DNA of 61,687 nt, counting the filler, from Squatina squatina (taxonomy: Eukaryota), in assembly GCA_031763465.1 (NCBI GenBank). It is 3 parts of 3 records of this genome, joined end to end, with 100 filler letters (N's around TTAATTAATTAA, not from the genome) between each part and the next. Parts side by side here need not be neighbours in the genome. Positions count along the whole stretch, not along the records: positions 1 to 19,109 come from JARFOE010000235.1; 2 more parts are not named here. One strand, 5' to 3'. Position 1 is the stretch's first letter, and every line of letters starts with the position of its first letter. The notes below the pieces were generated by a model. That model worked only from the letters and a program-made list of their open reading frames with translations. It had not been told where the DNA came from and did no database searches. The translations under genes were made by a program, and so were the position numbers. Shown piece after piece: positions 1-11,332 of this stretch.

Positions 1-735
1 GACAGCGATCTTATCGCAGCTCTGCATGGCATTGTCCCTATTATAAGTTGCTGGTCTGGAGCAGCTACGGTCAGCCGGAAATTCCTAATGGCTAAACAAA
101 TAGTTAACTTTATTTGTGGCTTTTAGTTTTATAGGTGAGTTGAGCTGCTGTGGAAAGTTACACATAACGCTTTCACACACGCTTTGCCAGCTCACCAAAG
201 GGTATGAGAGGTGTCCCTCTAGTGGTAAAAGTTGAATTTGTCTGTGACACATTGGCTGCACAATTTGGCTCCTTAACACCTGTTTTTTTCGGCACTACAA
301 GTGCCGTTTGGGCTCCAAAGTGGTGAGCCGTGCCAGGCGCTGTCTTGGTGAAGGCGTTAGCGTGTGCGCAGTGAGCGTCCGCCGGAAGTATGCAGAGTAG
401 GAAGATCGTGACGTCAGTCAGCGTGCAATGCTAATTTGACGCCAGCGCTGCGATTTTGGAGCTCAATGCTCCAGCTAATGGCCTCTCTTAAACTCGCATA
501 GCTGAACATGCATTAACAGCATGAAGAACCCCAACCAATGCTATTTAAAGGGATCATTGATTACTTACAGGTTAGTTGCTAGTTGATTTCTTCCGACTGT
601 TGCTACATTTCTACACCGTTTTGGTGCTTTCCATAGTTATTTCAAGTTTCAGTAGTCTACAGGGAGTGATGTGGCAGGTGCTGAAGGACTTTTTGCTGAC
701 ATCAAGGCTTCTGCACAAACCAGTTACTCCCAGAT

Positions 736-1847
736 ATGGGAGCAGTGGTAGGCATTCCTCTTGGAATACAGCATGATATGGAGACTGAACAGAGGCCACA
801 CAGAGCAGGATAACCTGCTAGAACAGGGAGGAAGAGATGGGGGAAAGCACTCCCAGCAGGATTCCATATCCGCCAAGGGTGTTCAGGAAGAAATTCTCCT
901 ACATAAAACTCAGTAAGGAACAATGTATGAGATTTCTGCGCTTCAATAAGCACGTCCTCACTGAAATCTGCCATCTGTGGCAGCCACATCTGCAACCTCT
1001 GAGCAGGGTGAGGACTGCATTGCCAGTGGCTTTGTAGGTGACCGTGGCGATGAATTTTTATGTGTCGGGCTCCTTCCAGACTGGAGCTGGAGATATTTGT
1101 CACATCTCGCAGTTTGCTGTCCACGAGATCACTGACTCTCCATTCAAAGAGAGCTAACTTCATTCATTTTCTCTTGTCAGAGACAAGCAGGCAGAGAAAG
1201 CATGTGACTTCGCTAGGATTGCAGGCTTCCCATTGGTGCAGGGTGCCATTAACTGCAGGTAGATTGCTTTGCAAGTGCCGCACGTCAACTCTGTCATACT
1301 GGAACTGAAAGGGTTTCCAATCCCTCAACGTCTAGCTGGTCTGTGGCTGTAGGCAGCGAATTATGCAGGTCAATACCAGGTGTCCTGGCAGCGGTCATGA
1401 TGCCTTCATTCCGTGGCCATCCGCTCTGCTAGCTGCATTTCAGCCACCACCTCAAACCAAGAGTGGCTACTGGGCAACAAGTTGATGATGACATGGCTCA
1501 TGACTCCAGTGCACAACCCATGCACACGTGCACAGCACGCATTCATAGAAAGCTGTGCTGCCACAAGAAATGTGATACAGCAGACAATTGGTGTGGTGAA
1601 ATCACACATCCACTGCCTGGATTGCTCTGGAAGAGCCCTACTGTACCCAGCAGAGCAGGTGTTAAAATTCATGGTGGTCTGTTGCATGCTGTAAAGCCCT
1701 TGCCGCCAGCTATACGGCAGCCAGCTGAAGAGCAGGAGCAAGAGGAGAAGGAGGAGGAGGAGGAGGAGGAAGGGAAGAGGCAACCTAGACAGCACCTTTC
1801 TGCCCGGGGAGTCTGTGATGAACTCATCTGAGTGCAATATAAGTAAC
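736..1847 (+). pseudogene. Decayed PIF/Harbinger (HARBI1-like) DDE transposase, part of a larger element (~290-2275) in an MPP2 intron
   Basis: Fragments across frames: YPPRVFRKKFSYIKLSKEQCMRFLRF, TALPVAL*VTVAMNFYVSGSFQTGAGDICHISQFAVH, FARIAGFPLVQGAI, PGSGHDAFI, WLLG..TWLMTP, ATRNVIQQTIGVVK..CLDCSGRALLY..VCCML, then a GAG-repeat acidic tail. Contains stops and frameshifts. Confidence 0.9.
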
Positions 1848-2407
1848 CTCATCCCCAATTCCCCGTTCACCAACAGTCCCACACATCTTCCCTTGTCACT
1901 GACCATCACAGTGCAAAAATAAAAGCCATCATAAAATAAACAATGACATCTCTGGGTTCAAATGCAGCCACTTAATGCACTGCCAAACAGACTTCTCTTT
2001 AAGATCCTGTTCCTTAAATGTGTTGATAGGGCAACAGCATAGCACTCCTGATTCTTGGACTGGGCTCCCTGTGAGCTCCACTCCTCTTGGGGAACATTGA
2101 AATACCTTTGCGATTTTGGAAATGCCAAAGTGGGAAGGATAGATACTCCCTGACGGCAAAGATGGCGGAAGGAAAGAGAGTCACTCAGGTTGCTTTTAGC
2201 TACTTATGGCACGTTATGGAGCAGCATTGGCGGAGCCCTGAAACAAGTCACTTTGGTCCAAAATGGCGAGCCATACAGTGAAATTAAAAACTGGTAAAGG
2301 GCATGAAACACTTTTTACAAATTAGCAGATTTGTAAGAACAGTCGTTACCATTCAATACTTTTAATATTACCAACTCTAAAGTACAGTTTTGGATCTTTA
2401 TACCTAC

Positions 2408-2563
2408 CAAATGTTCACCCTTGACCTTGCGAATCCCGACCATTCGGACAGCATCAGGAGGTACAGGCTGATTGTTGAACGTAGAGTCCATAAGAGACTG
2501 TGGACTTGGGGGAGGAGTTTCATAGTTTTTGGAGGCGACTGAGTCATGAGCTTCCAGCAGGGT
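2408..2563 (-). CDS. MPP2: MPP2 (MAGUK p55 subfamily member 2) internal exon, end of L27 region to start of PDZ
   Basis: cag acceptor (2564-2566), gtaggt donor, 156 nt, phase 0/0. Encodes TLLEAHDSVASKNYETPPPSPQSLMDSTFNNQPVPPDAVRMVGIRKVKGEHL, matching remembered MPP2 (HDSVASK.YETPPPSP..NQPVPPDAVRMVGIRK) rather than MPP6. Confidence 0.93.
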
Positions 2564-4002
2564 CTGTAGGTAGAATGGGACATGTACTCAGCGTCAAACT
2601 CTGGGAAACTCAGTTAAAAAAAAACTGATTTTCAAAATTCAAAAAATGTCATAAACCAGCCTGGAGACTCCTTTTGTCTTAAATGTAAAACTTATATAAA
2701 CAAACGCAAGACTGCAAGAGACACATTTTTTCTGCAAAGGAAATGAGGAGCTCTGTAATGCCATAGTTTTAATTCCCATTGTGACCCATGATAATTCTGC
2801 TAATCTGTAGAACAAAACAAATCTTTTAAGTTTGATCACAATTATACTATACTAAAAATAACTATTAATTTGGCCATTTGGGTGAATCCTTTTCTGCTGT
2901 ACTGGCCCAGGGTGATGAATGCAACTGCAGCCTAATTTGATACCAATCGAATTTAACAGTGTTAACTGATACTNNNNNNNNNNNNNNNNNNNNNNNNNNN
3001 NNNNNNNNNNNNNNNNNNNNNNNNNNNNNNNNNNNNNNNNNNNNNNNNNNNNNNNNNNNNNNNNNNNNNNNNNACAGAGAGTTGTGTTAAGCACTGCATC
3101 AACTAAGTTATTCCAGCTCCACCCTGCACATGATATAAAACTAATCCTTCAGTTTTCAGCATGTAAACCAGAGATTTTGGTTCAGTTACCTGCTGCTGGG
3201 TGCCTGGGTAATGGGCCAGTGTGGGACCAATATGATTGCATGGCTGAGCAGGTATAGAAGAGACTGCTACAGCATTCTGCGATGATCTCAAATGGTGTGG
3301 TCAGGCAGTGTAGGAAGTATTAAACTCGTTGCTTTTTGTCAGCAATTACTAACAAGCAGGCACAAGCCTAGAAACATTGACTGTCAATGTGAAATGCTGA
3401 TGGCTGGCATGTTGTTAACAATGCATCAATTAGAATACCAGTTTGTACCAGATGGCTGTTGCAAACTTTGTGTAGAATTTGTTAGCAACTGAACTGTTGA
3501 AACTGCTACAAATAATGTGGTAATAATTACATTAATATAATAATGGTTACTCCTTTACATCTAATCTTGGATTGCAAATAAACTTAAAACAAGAACATCA
3601 CTCACAGCACGTTGGTGGTGTAAAACATGTCACCACACATTGTTCGTTTAAAAGGAAACACCATTCATCTGCTTTCCCAATTAATCTTCAACCTTACAAA
3701 GGAAGGCATCTATATTGAACAATGCCTTGTAGTCCTTCATGTTCCACGTTATATTGTAAAACAGGTGGTTCCAATCAACCTTACAGACCGATATCTATGT
3801 GTCAAATTGGCCTGCCAGTGGGTCCCTGAACAATGAGCGCCGGTTATGGTCCAGTATCTCCATCCCTGATGTCACTGGAGCAGAATCTTTCATCTGAGAA
3901 CTTTCTAGACAAAATTCCTCTCCCCAGACAGCTTCTCACTTTTAAAGCATGAAACAGGGTAAAAAGGCTGATCTAAAAAATACCAATACATCCCTTCACA
4001 AT

Positions 4003-4077
4003 TAGAAACATAGAAACATAGAAAATAGGTGCAGGAGAAGGCCATTCGGCCCTTCGAGCCTGCACCGCCATTCAACA
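4003..4077 (-). mobile_element. CR1-type LINE 3' end
   Basis: (agaaacat)n tail followed by aggagaaggccattcggcccttcgagcctgc. The same motif recurs many times in the window. Confidence 0.8.
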
Positions 4078-4718
4078 NNNNNNNNNNNNNNNNNNNNNNN
4101 NNNNNNNNNNNNNNNNNNNNNNNNNNNNNNNNNNNNNNNNNNNNNNNNNNNNNNNNNNNNNNNNNNNNNNNNNNNNNTTTTCCTAATCTGTCACCATTCA
4201 AATAATAATTCAGATGAATGCGGTTCTTTTTTAATTCTTTGGAAACTAAGTAAAACACACTTGATACCGTTTTTTTTGGTGTTGGAACATACAGCATTCT
4301 TCACAGTATTAAAGCGGTTTCTCTGCATTCTCTTGTTAAAAAGCTATTCTCATAGGAGGGAGCTTTGAGAAAAGTACATGCTCAATTTGTCAGAGTTCTT
4401 TGGATCAATTCAGTGGCTGAACATTAGATAACCACATATACTTACCAAACTCTGCAGGCAACAGTGCTTAACCTCAGTGAGCAATCAACCTGCGTTTCTC
4501 ATTTAAGCATTTTGTGGCATTTGTCAGCAGTGGAGTTGAAAAACATATTTGAATATCCTTTTCATTTAATATGCTAAGGCCCAACATCTGCACAGCAGAA
4601 GAGCCAGGCTTGCAACAAATAAAACTGTAGCACATTTCACGGCGGAGCTCTACAGACCGACACATTACATAAAACACCCCACAAAGCCATAACTACAATT
4701 TATAGGTTAAATAACTAC

Positions 4719-4837
4719 CTTAGCTAGTGATCGTACAATTGGGCTCTCCATGATTCCCCTCAGGAAGAGTAAATCTAGATCCTTCACTCCTGTAGAGTTT
4801 GGCAAGTCATTCAAGTTGTCCAAGACCTGCTGCATAG
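4719..4837 (-). CDS. MPP2: MPP2 exon encoding the first L27 region
   Basis: tttctatag acceptor, gtagtt donor, 119 nt. Encodes (A)MQQVLDNLNDLPNSTGVKDLDLLFLRGIMESPIVRSLAK. The expected following exon (AHERLE...PHFQ) is not visible and is probably lost in an N gap. Confidence 0.93.
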
Positions 4838-5059
4838 CTATAGAAAGAACAGAATACACATTTCAGTATGGAGTGCCCCATATATGGGAAGCCATTAAAT
4901 ACTACAGAAAAATCTATACAAACTACTTGGTCAAATGCATTGTCTGATCCTGAGAATGTGCTAGGAATGCAAACTCACAGGTCAAGTTGTTCTCCTGAAA
5001 ATCAATCATGAAATGTGAAGTAAGTTGCCTTGTGTAAATTTCATTAAAGGTCCAACTTA

Positions 5060-5415
5060 AAACCGCAACTTGCACTTCCATAGCACCTTTAATGTAATGA
5101 AAATGTCCCATGGCACTTTCTAACAAACAACCGTACACTGAGCAGGAGTTTGGGAAGAGGTGAGCAAATGTGCGATTGAACAAGTAGGTTTTGAGGAAGC
5201 TTTTGAAAGTGGGTCGAGGGCTCTGGGAAGGAAATACCGTGGAATTGGGGGGCGTTGGGCTCTGCCAGTAATGTTGAAATGGAAGCAGTGAGAGATGCAC
5301 AAGAGTTGGAAGAGCTAGGACATGGGGCAAGAGAAGGTGACAGAGGTGGCAGAGGCATTTACAGCCAAGGATGAGAAGTCAGAAGTCAATGAGCTGCAGC
5401 ATAGGGAGCCTGTGG
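5060..5415 (-). mobile_element. L2-type LINE 3' fragment
   Basis: caacttgcacttccatagcacctttaatgta tail, and minus-strand TFKSFLKTYLF, an L2 C-terminal motif. Confidence 0.7.
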
Positions 5416-7199
5416 NNNNNNNNNNNNNNNNNNNNNNNNNNNNNNNNNNNNNNNNNNNNNNNNNNNNNNNNNNNNNNNNNNNNNNNNNNNNNNNNNNNNN
5501 NNNNNNNNNNNNNNNTGATCTAAGAGGCCACAATGCATCCTTCTGATAGTTTCAAGGGACAAATTTATGAGGAGTTCTGTTGTGAGCCATATACTACTGG
5601 GTAAACCATCTCACAATGATGGAAGCAGATTCATTCCCTTCTTTAATGATGTGGAATTTTTAATCAACACTAATGGAAAAACGCAAGCTGAATAAATAAG
5701 GGATTATCGTGACTGGAATATTAATTTACTACTTAGCAGCATTTGGGAGAAATAGTTGTCAGATGCCACTTCTGAATATTTAAAGTGTGCATTGTTGGCC
5801 TAATAAAAATGAATTGAGCAAACCAGATTCAGCCCGCAGGCGTTCTGCTCTGTACTCCAGCACAAGGTGACAAAACTGGACGGCAGTCTCTGCCAAATAC
5901 AACAGGAATTTAACAAGGTTCACAAAGCAAGTTAAAACATTCTATTATAGCTGAGGAAGACAAAGCATTTAGCATCAAGGATCGGATAGATCGAGGCAAA
6001 AATGTCACAGATAGCCCAAAAACCATTGCAGAAAATTGGAAAAATTCTCAATTGTGAACATGACTCAAGCTTCCAATGGGGAAGTCACTGATGTCTGTGT
6101 AAATTTTTAACGAACCATTTCAAGGCTCTGTTTTAAGTGCTCGTTTAGGGAGAGGCAGATCAACATAACATAAATCCCCCCCCTCCCCAGGGGAATTATA
6201 AAAGATAGCCAATCACCGTACTTTGGCCTGGAAATTATGCTGTGTGAATATTAAAGTAAGAACCTTAAAAATTCGCAATGTCATTCCTTTCAAGTTATTC
6301 AACAGCAGCTTTAATTCATTGAACACAATAAGTTAATGCCTGTGATAAAATAGCAGAAAAAGAAATATCTGAACATATTNNNNNNNNNNNNNNNNNNNNN
6401 NNNNNNNNNNNNNNNNNNNNNNNNNNNNNNNNNNNNNNNNNNNNNNNNNNNNNNNNNNNNNNNNNNNNNNNNNNNNNNNTAGATTAGATTTAGCTGAGCA
6501 ACCAGAAATTAATGCGCTATATCCTCACCTAAAGTACCATACTAGCTGCTGATTGATTACGGTCACAAAAAAGTAGTTTACAAAAATTGAACTGGTTCAC
6601 CATAACCCCCCAAAGCAATTCTAATAGGATCGTTTTATATCATTTTAGCTACATTCAATAAGTCAATCCAGCACAACATCAGCCAAGGGCAAGATTCTAT
6701 TTCTGTTGATGGTAAGCATTGAGGAGAACCTCCCAGCAGTTCTTTAATTTTAAACTTTCGTTTCTTTAGTATTAGAAAGGCCTGCAGCCTCTGCAGCACC
6801 CAAACTATTTGCTGTTTCCAATGCTCTCTGGAATGAAAACTCTTGAATGTAAAAGCTTTTGGTTGCTTTACTCATTTGGGGTAATTTTACGCGTCTGCAC
6901 TCCTGGTGGAGAGCTGCACCCACCTGGAGCACAACCCAATGATTTGGGGGTGTGCAACCCATTATTTTCTGACCAGTGGACCAGTAGTGTGGACATAAAA
7001 TTATTTATCAGGCTCTCTGCATCACCACGCCTCTTATTTCTGCATGCCTGCTATGTTAGCCCGCACCCCGTCAGGGTGACTCAGAATCTCACATGGCCTC
7101 TGATGAGAAGTTGCCCAATCATACAAATGGCTAGTCCAGGGGCAAGTTTAAATACTTCCTTCCTACCAACAACATTAAGCCTCTCCTCCCTTTCGTTGA

Positions 7200-7680
7200 G
7201 TTGCTTTGTAGTTTCCTGCTGACTTTATCCATCAGTATAGCTGCATGCTGGCTGTTATCTTACTGTCTCAACACTAAACCACTTTATGATCCCCATCCTT
7301 TCCCCATCCCATTGAGTAGAATCCTGGCTCTCATCTATCAGCCCCCACTGAGCATTGTTCTGGCCCTTGAAGTTAACATCTTTTGGTACCCACTTACCTC
7401 CCCCGACCCGCTGGTGAGCAGCTTTCTGGCTATCTGTCACTGTATTGCGACTCCCCATATTTTCCTCTCTAGTTATAATTCTGCACCCTCCTCCTCTTTG
7501 CCATTCCTGTCCCCCCATTTACCAATCCTCGTCTTCCTGTCCCCATATTTTCACTCTCTTCTCTCCTCCTCTTCCCCTGTCTCCTCCTTAATCTCCTCCT
7601 TGTCTGGATCCAGTTGACCCTCACTGTCGAATGTGGCTTGACCAGAATATTGCACTTGATCTCAACTCTGTGCAAAACTC
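7200..7680 (+). mobile_element. Decayed L2-type LINE fragment
   Basis: Pyrimidine-rich C/T strand bias and an endonuclease-like IYQPP motif. Confidence 0.5.
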
Positions 7681-8456
7681 TACAATTCCAGTGTCACTTA
7701 TATAGCAGTAAATTCTCATGCCAGTTTTCACGCACAAAGTATTAAAGTCACAGAGAAACAGCTTGATAGGGAGTCTTTTTAGTCATCGCAGTATAAAAAC
7801 TCATTGCACTCGTTAAAGGCTAAGACATTTGGAGAAGAGAAAACATTTGCAAATTGCAATTACTTTCACAATGCAAAGTCAGGAACAGCATTTAGAACAC
7901 AAGCAATCTCCTGAGGTGTNNNNNNNNNNNNNNNNNNNNNNNNNNNNNNNNNNNNNNNNNNNNNNNNNNNNNNNNNNNNNNNNNNNNNNNNNNNNNNNNN
8001 NNNNNNNNNNNNNNNNNNNCTACCCTGTATGGTTATGTCACGACAAGTTAATGTCAGCCCTCTTCTGCACCCAGATTTGACACTTGGTGCCTGCTTCTGT
8101 AGTTAAGTAGAATTGTCTTGAATAGCAATTCTCCAAGTATTCCTTACTGTTCTCTTTCTCTTTCTTTTTGTTTTCTTTATCAGTTAAAAGGAATAAAGTA
8201 AAGCACAGAGTAAAAAGGTACAATTGTTCAAGTGAATCTAGCAAAACATGGATGATGGTTGGAACAAGCTTTCATTCAGCCTAATTATTATGCAACATGC
8301 TGAATAGAGTTAAATATACAAGAGTGCTGTGCATTGACAGTAATGTACCAGCCTCATTAATAACATAACCTTGAAAACAGCAACAAAATCCCCATTACAG
8401 CGAACGGTGTGATGATAATTACAATCCAAATAGTTTATTGACAAGAGAAATCTTAC

Positions 8457-8544
8457 CTCCTTCACCCTGGTTTGACTCAGTCCCTTCAAATGATGCTAAA
8501 GAACCCACTTCTAATGAGTTGCTCAGTGACTGACCATTAGCCAT
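8457..8544 (-). CDS. MPP2: Probable first coding exon of an MPP2 isoform
   Basis: ATG in good context (agcATGG), 29 open codons MANGQSLSNSLEVGSLASFEGTESNQGEG, then G|gtaaga. The phase-1 donor joins CT of the 4837 exon in frame (GCT, Ala). Confidence 0.72.
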
Positions 8545-10330
8545 GCTGGGCTTTACTTAAGCTCTGGAATATCTTTCTGCCTCTGCTGTCTGTGGTAAAT
8601 GTATAGGCTCCCGTGGCCCTCTTTCTACTTCAGGAGGTCAAACAGGCTACATGCCAGCTGGCTCTTACAGAGTTCATCAACGAGGAGTCTGGCACATTTA
8701 ATTTTTGACTGAGTAAACAGTTAATGTGCGCAGGGTCCCCCTCAGTGGCTTCTGTCCAGCTAAGTGCTCCAAGCCCTGCTTTTTCCACACAAACACATAC
8801 ACAACTCGAATTGGCCTGAATTTTCAAATATGAGGTGATAGTGATAGCTGATGCAGTTGATAGCAGCTCCTTCAGCTCTATTGTATGTTAGCTACACAGG
8901 TTCCGTCTGTTCCCCCACCCGAAGTAATCTGATAGGCAGCAATTGTAAATTTTCTCTTACAGTTTAAATAACCCTTAGAGTACCAAACACCCATTTTGAA
9001 TTCATGACCTTCTAATTTTAATTCTTATCTATTTTTCTTCCCAACAGTTTTCCATGGTGNNNNNNNNNNNNNNNNNNNNNNNNNNNNNNNNNNNNNNNNN
9101 NNNNNNNNNNNNNNNNNNNNNNNNNNNNNNNNNNNNNNNNNNNNNNNNNNNNNNNNNNNAGTCTGTAACACTCTTATTCGATGTCTACAAGTCCACACTT
9201 CAAACACCAAGTCCATTGACATCAATTTTCTTCACTCATTAACTTACGCCTGAAGCCTCTGTTCATACTTTCTACATTTCTGTGCAACAGACAATTATCT
9301 ATGCACTGACAGTGGTTAATTTGTATTCCTCCCACTACTACTCCAACACCAGCAAGTCCTCTCATCTCAGCTTTGCTATGTAACTGAAGAGCTTACAAGC
9401 TTAGCAAACTCTTTTAGAAAATCCTCAACCAGTCTGACACATCCCCAGTCAAACTCAAATTCCTGGTGGATATTATTTGTCTGCTGTAGTCCGACCATAT
9501 GTTGCAAAGTCCACCTGAACCAACATTTGAAAAATTAGAAACAGATTTAAACGGTTCAGTGTAATTGATGAACACAGTAACGACTTTCCCATCAATTGCT
9601 ACTGTCTTCTCAATCAGTAGCTACCGGCACACAATCACATCTTTTATCTCACTTGTCTTGTCGTAACCTTGTTCATTTTTCTGAAAGCTATCAATGTTAC
9701 TCCTCAAAATATCATTATTTTGCTTAGGTGACTAATCAGACCAATTGTTTGAATTCTGTGAGCTGTAATTTCTTTTGATGCTGACTGATTTCGATCAATT
9801 TTTATATTTTAGGCAACCAAGAATAAGACTTTATGGGCGTCCAATTTGACTGCCCTCAGTTTCTGGTGCTAACGGATGAATTGGGGAGCGCTAAGTTCAG
9901 GTCTTTGAAATTTTTTTTAAAAGTCAAGCAATTCAACATTTCGAAAAAAACTCACAGACAGCTTTAAAAAACATGCTAATTACAGCGCTAAAGGGCCCAT
10001 ATTTAGCGCTGATTTTCTTAGTTTATTTCAGCTGACGAATTCCCAATTGGCCTTAATTCTTCCACTTACCTATCAGCCCACATCAATAATTAAAGGGGGG
10101 CCTTTCCCACAAACAGCCACTGCTNNNNNNNNNNNNNNNNNNNNNNNNNNNNNNNNNNNNNNNNNNNNNNNNNNNNNNNNNNNNNNNNNNNNNNNNNNNN
10201 NNNNNNNNNNNNNNNNNNNNNNNNGGCCATTCGGCCCCTCGAGCCTGCTCCGCCATTCAATCTGATCATGGCTAAACTTCAACCGCATCTCCACTTTCCT
10301 GCCCGATCCCCATTACCCTTGGTTCCCTAA

Positions 10331-11012
10331 GGGGAAAAATTGGGTGTATTTGAGCCTCCCGTTAGTGCTCCCGGGGGAGCAAACGCCTTTGTTACCAGGC
10401 ACCCCGAGCTCCTGCGCCCAGAGATCGTGACACCATCGCCGTGCGCATCGCCCCGTTAGCGCCCCCCGGACCCAAACTTGACTTCCGCCCCCTGCAGCGG
10501 CGCCGGGCGAAAAAGCCGGCAGCTGAAGGAGGCGCGGATCGGGCGGCCGGCCGTTACCAGGGAGATGATTAAAGGCGAGCTGGCCGAGGTAAGTAAAAAA
10601 AAAAAACCTTACCTTTGTCATTGCCTTTTTCCTTGCGGGTCCCTGCCCGCGATCGTTCAGCCCGGCACGCTGCTCGAGGGCCGAGCGGATCGCGCAGGGT
10701 CGCCGCTCCCTTGGTGGTCGAGGTGGGTCCGTTTTTATTTGCAGAGCCTGTAGCGATGGCCTTTTCCTTTCAGGGAGGGAGGGGCCCGTTGAACACGGCA
10801 GCGCTGCCCGGCCCAGACTGCATCGCTGCTGAGGTCTCCGACCTGCCCACGCCATTTAGCGGTCCAAGTGGAGCGCTTGGTTTACTGCTTCACTTCCTTT
10901 CTGGAGTGCTAAAGCCTATTTTCTGAGGGCGGGGAAGCAGTAGTGCCTGGCACTAAGGTTCCAGCTTTCAAAAGTTACCGTCCCAAACGGGATGAGAATG
11001 AATTTCTCCTCC
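10331..11012. mobile_element. GC-rich non-autonomous DNA transposon (Harbinger-like MITE)
   Basis: Begins taa|ggggaaaaatt and ends aatttctcctcc|tat. CpG-rich interior. Related ends occur at ~21545, 34926-35530 and 48764-49174. Confidence 0.7.
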
Positions 11013-11034
11013 TATTTGCTCTGGTGGGAGAATT

Positions 11035-11332
11035 CAGATCAAGAGGGCATAATCTTAAAATTAGAGCTAGTTCATTTAAGAATTAAATCAGGAGGCCCCT
11101 TTTCAACAGAAATTGTAGTGGAAATCTGGAACTTGCTCCCCCAAAAAGCTGTTGTTGTTGGGGATCAATTAAAATTTTCAAGACTGAGTTCAATAGATTT
11201 TTGTTGGGTAAGGGTACCAAAGGACATGGAGCTAAAGCAGGTAAGTGGAGTTGAGGAACAGATTAGCCATGATTGAATCGAATGGAGCAACAGGCTCGAG
11301 GAGCTGGCTGACCTATTCCTGTTCCTATGTTA
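11035..11332 (+). mobile_element. CR1-type LINE 3' fragment
   Basis: ORF2 C-terminal-like sequence ending cctattcctgttcctatgt. Confidence 0.8.

Noticed and set aside
736-1847. Domesticated HARBI1 gene
   Set aside because: Multiple stops and frameshifts, and a second diverged copy in the window, indicate transposon fossils.
10313-10926. GC-rich ORFs of 91-180 aa, or a CpG-island promoter
   Set aside because: They lie inside a TIR-bounded MITE with relatives elsewhere in the window.
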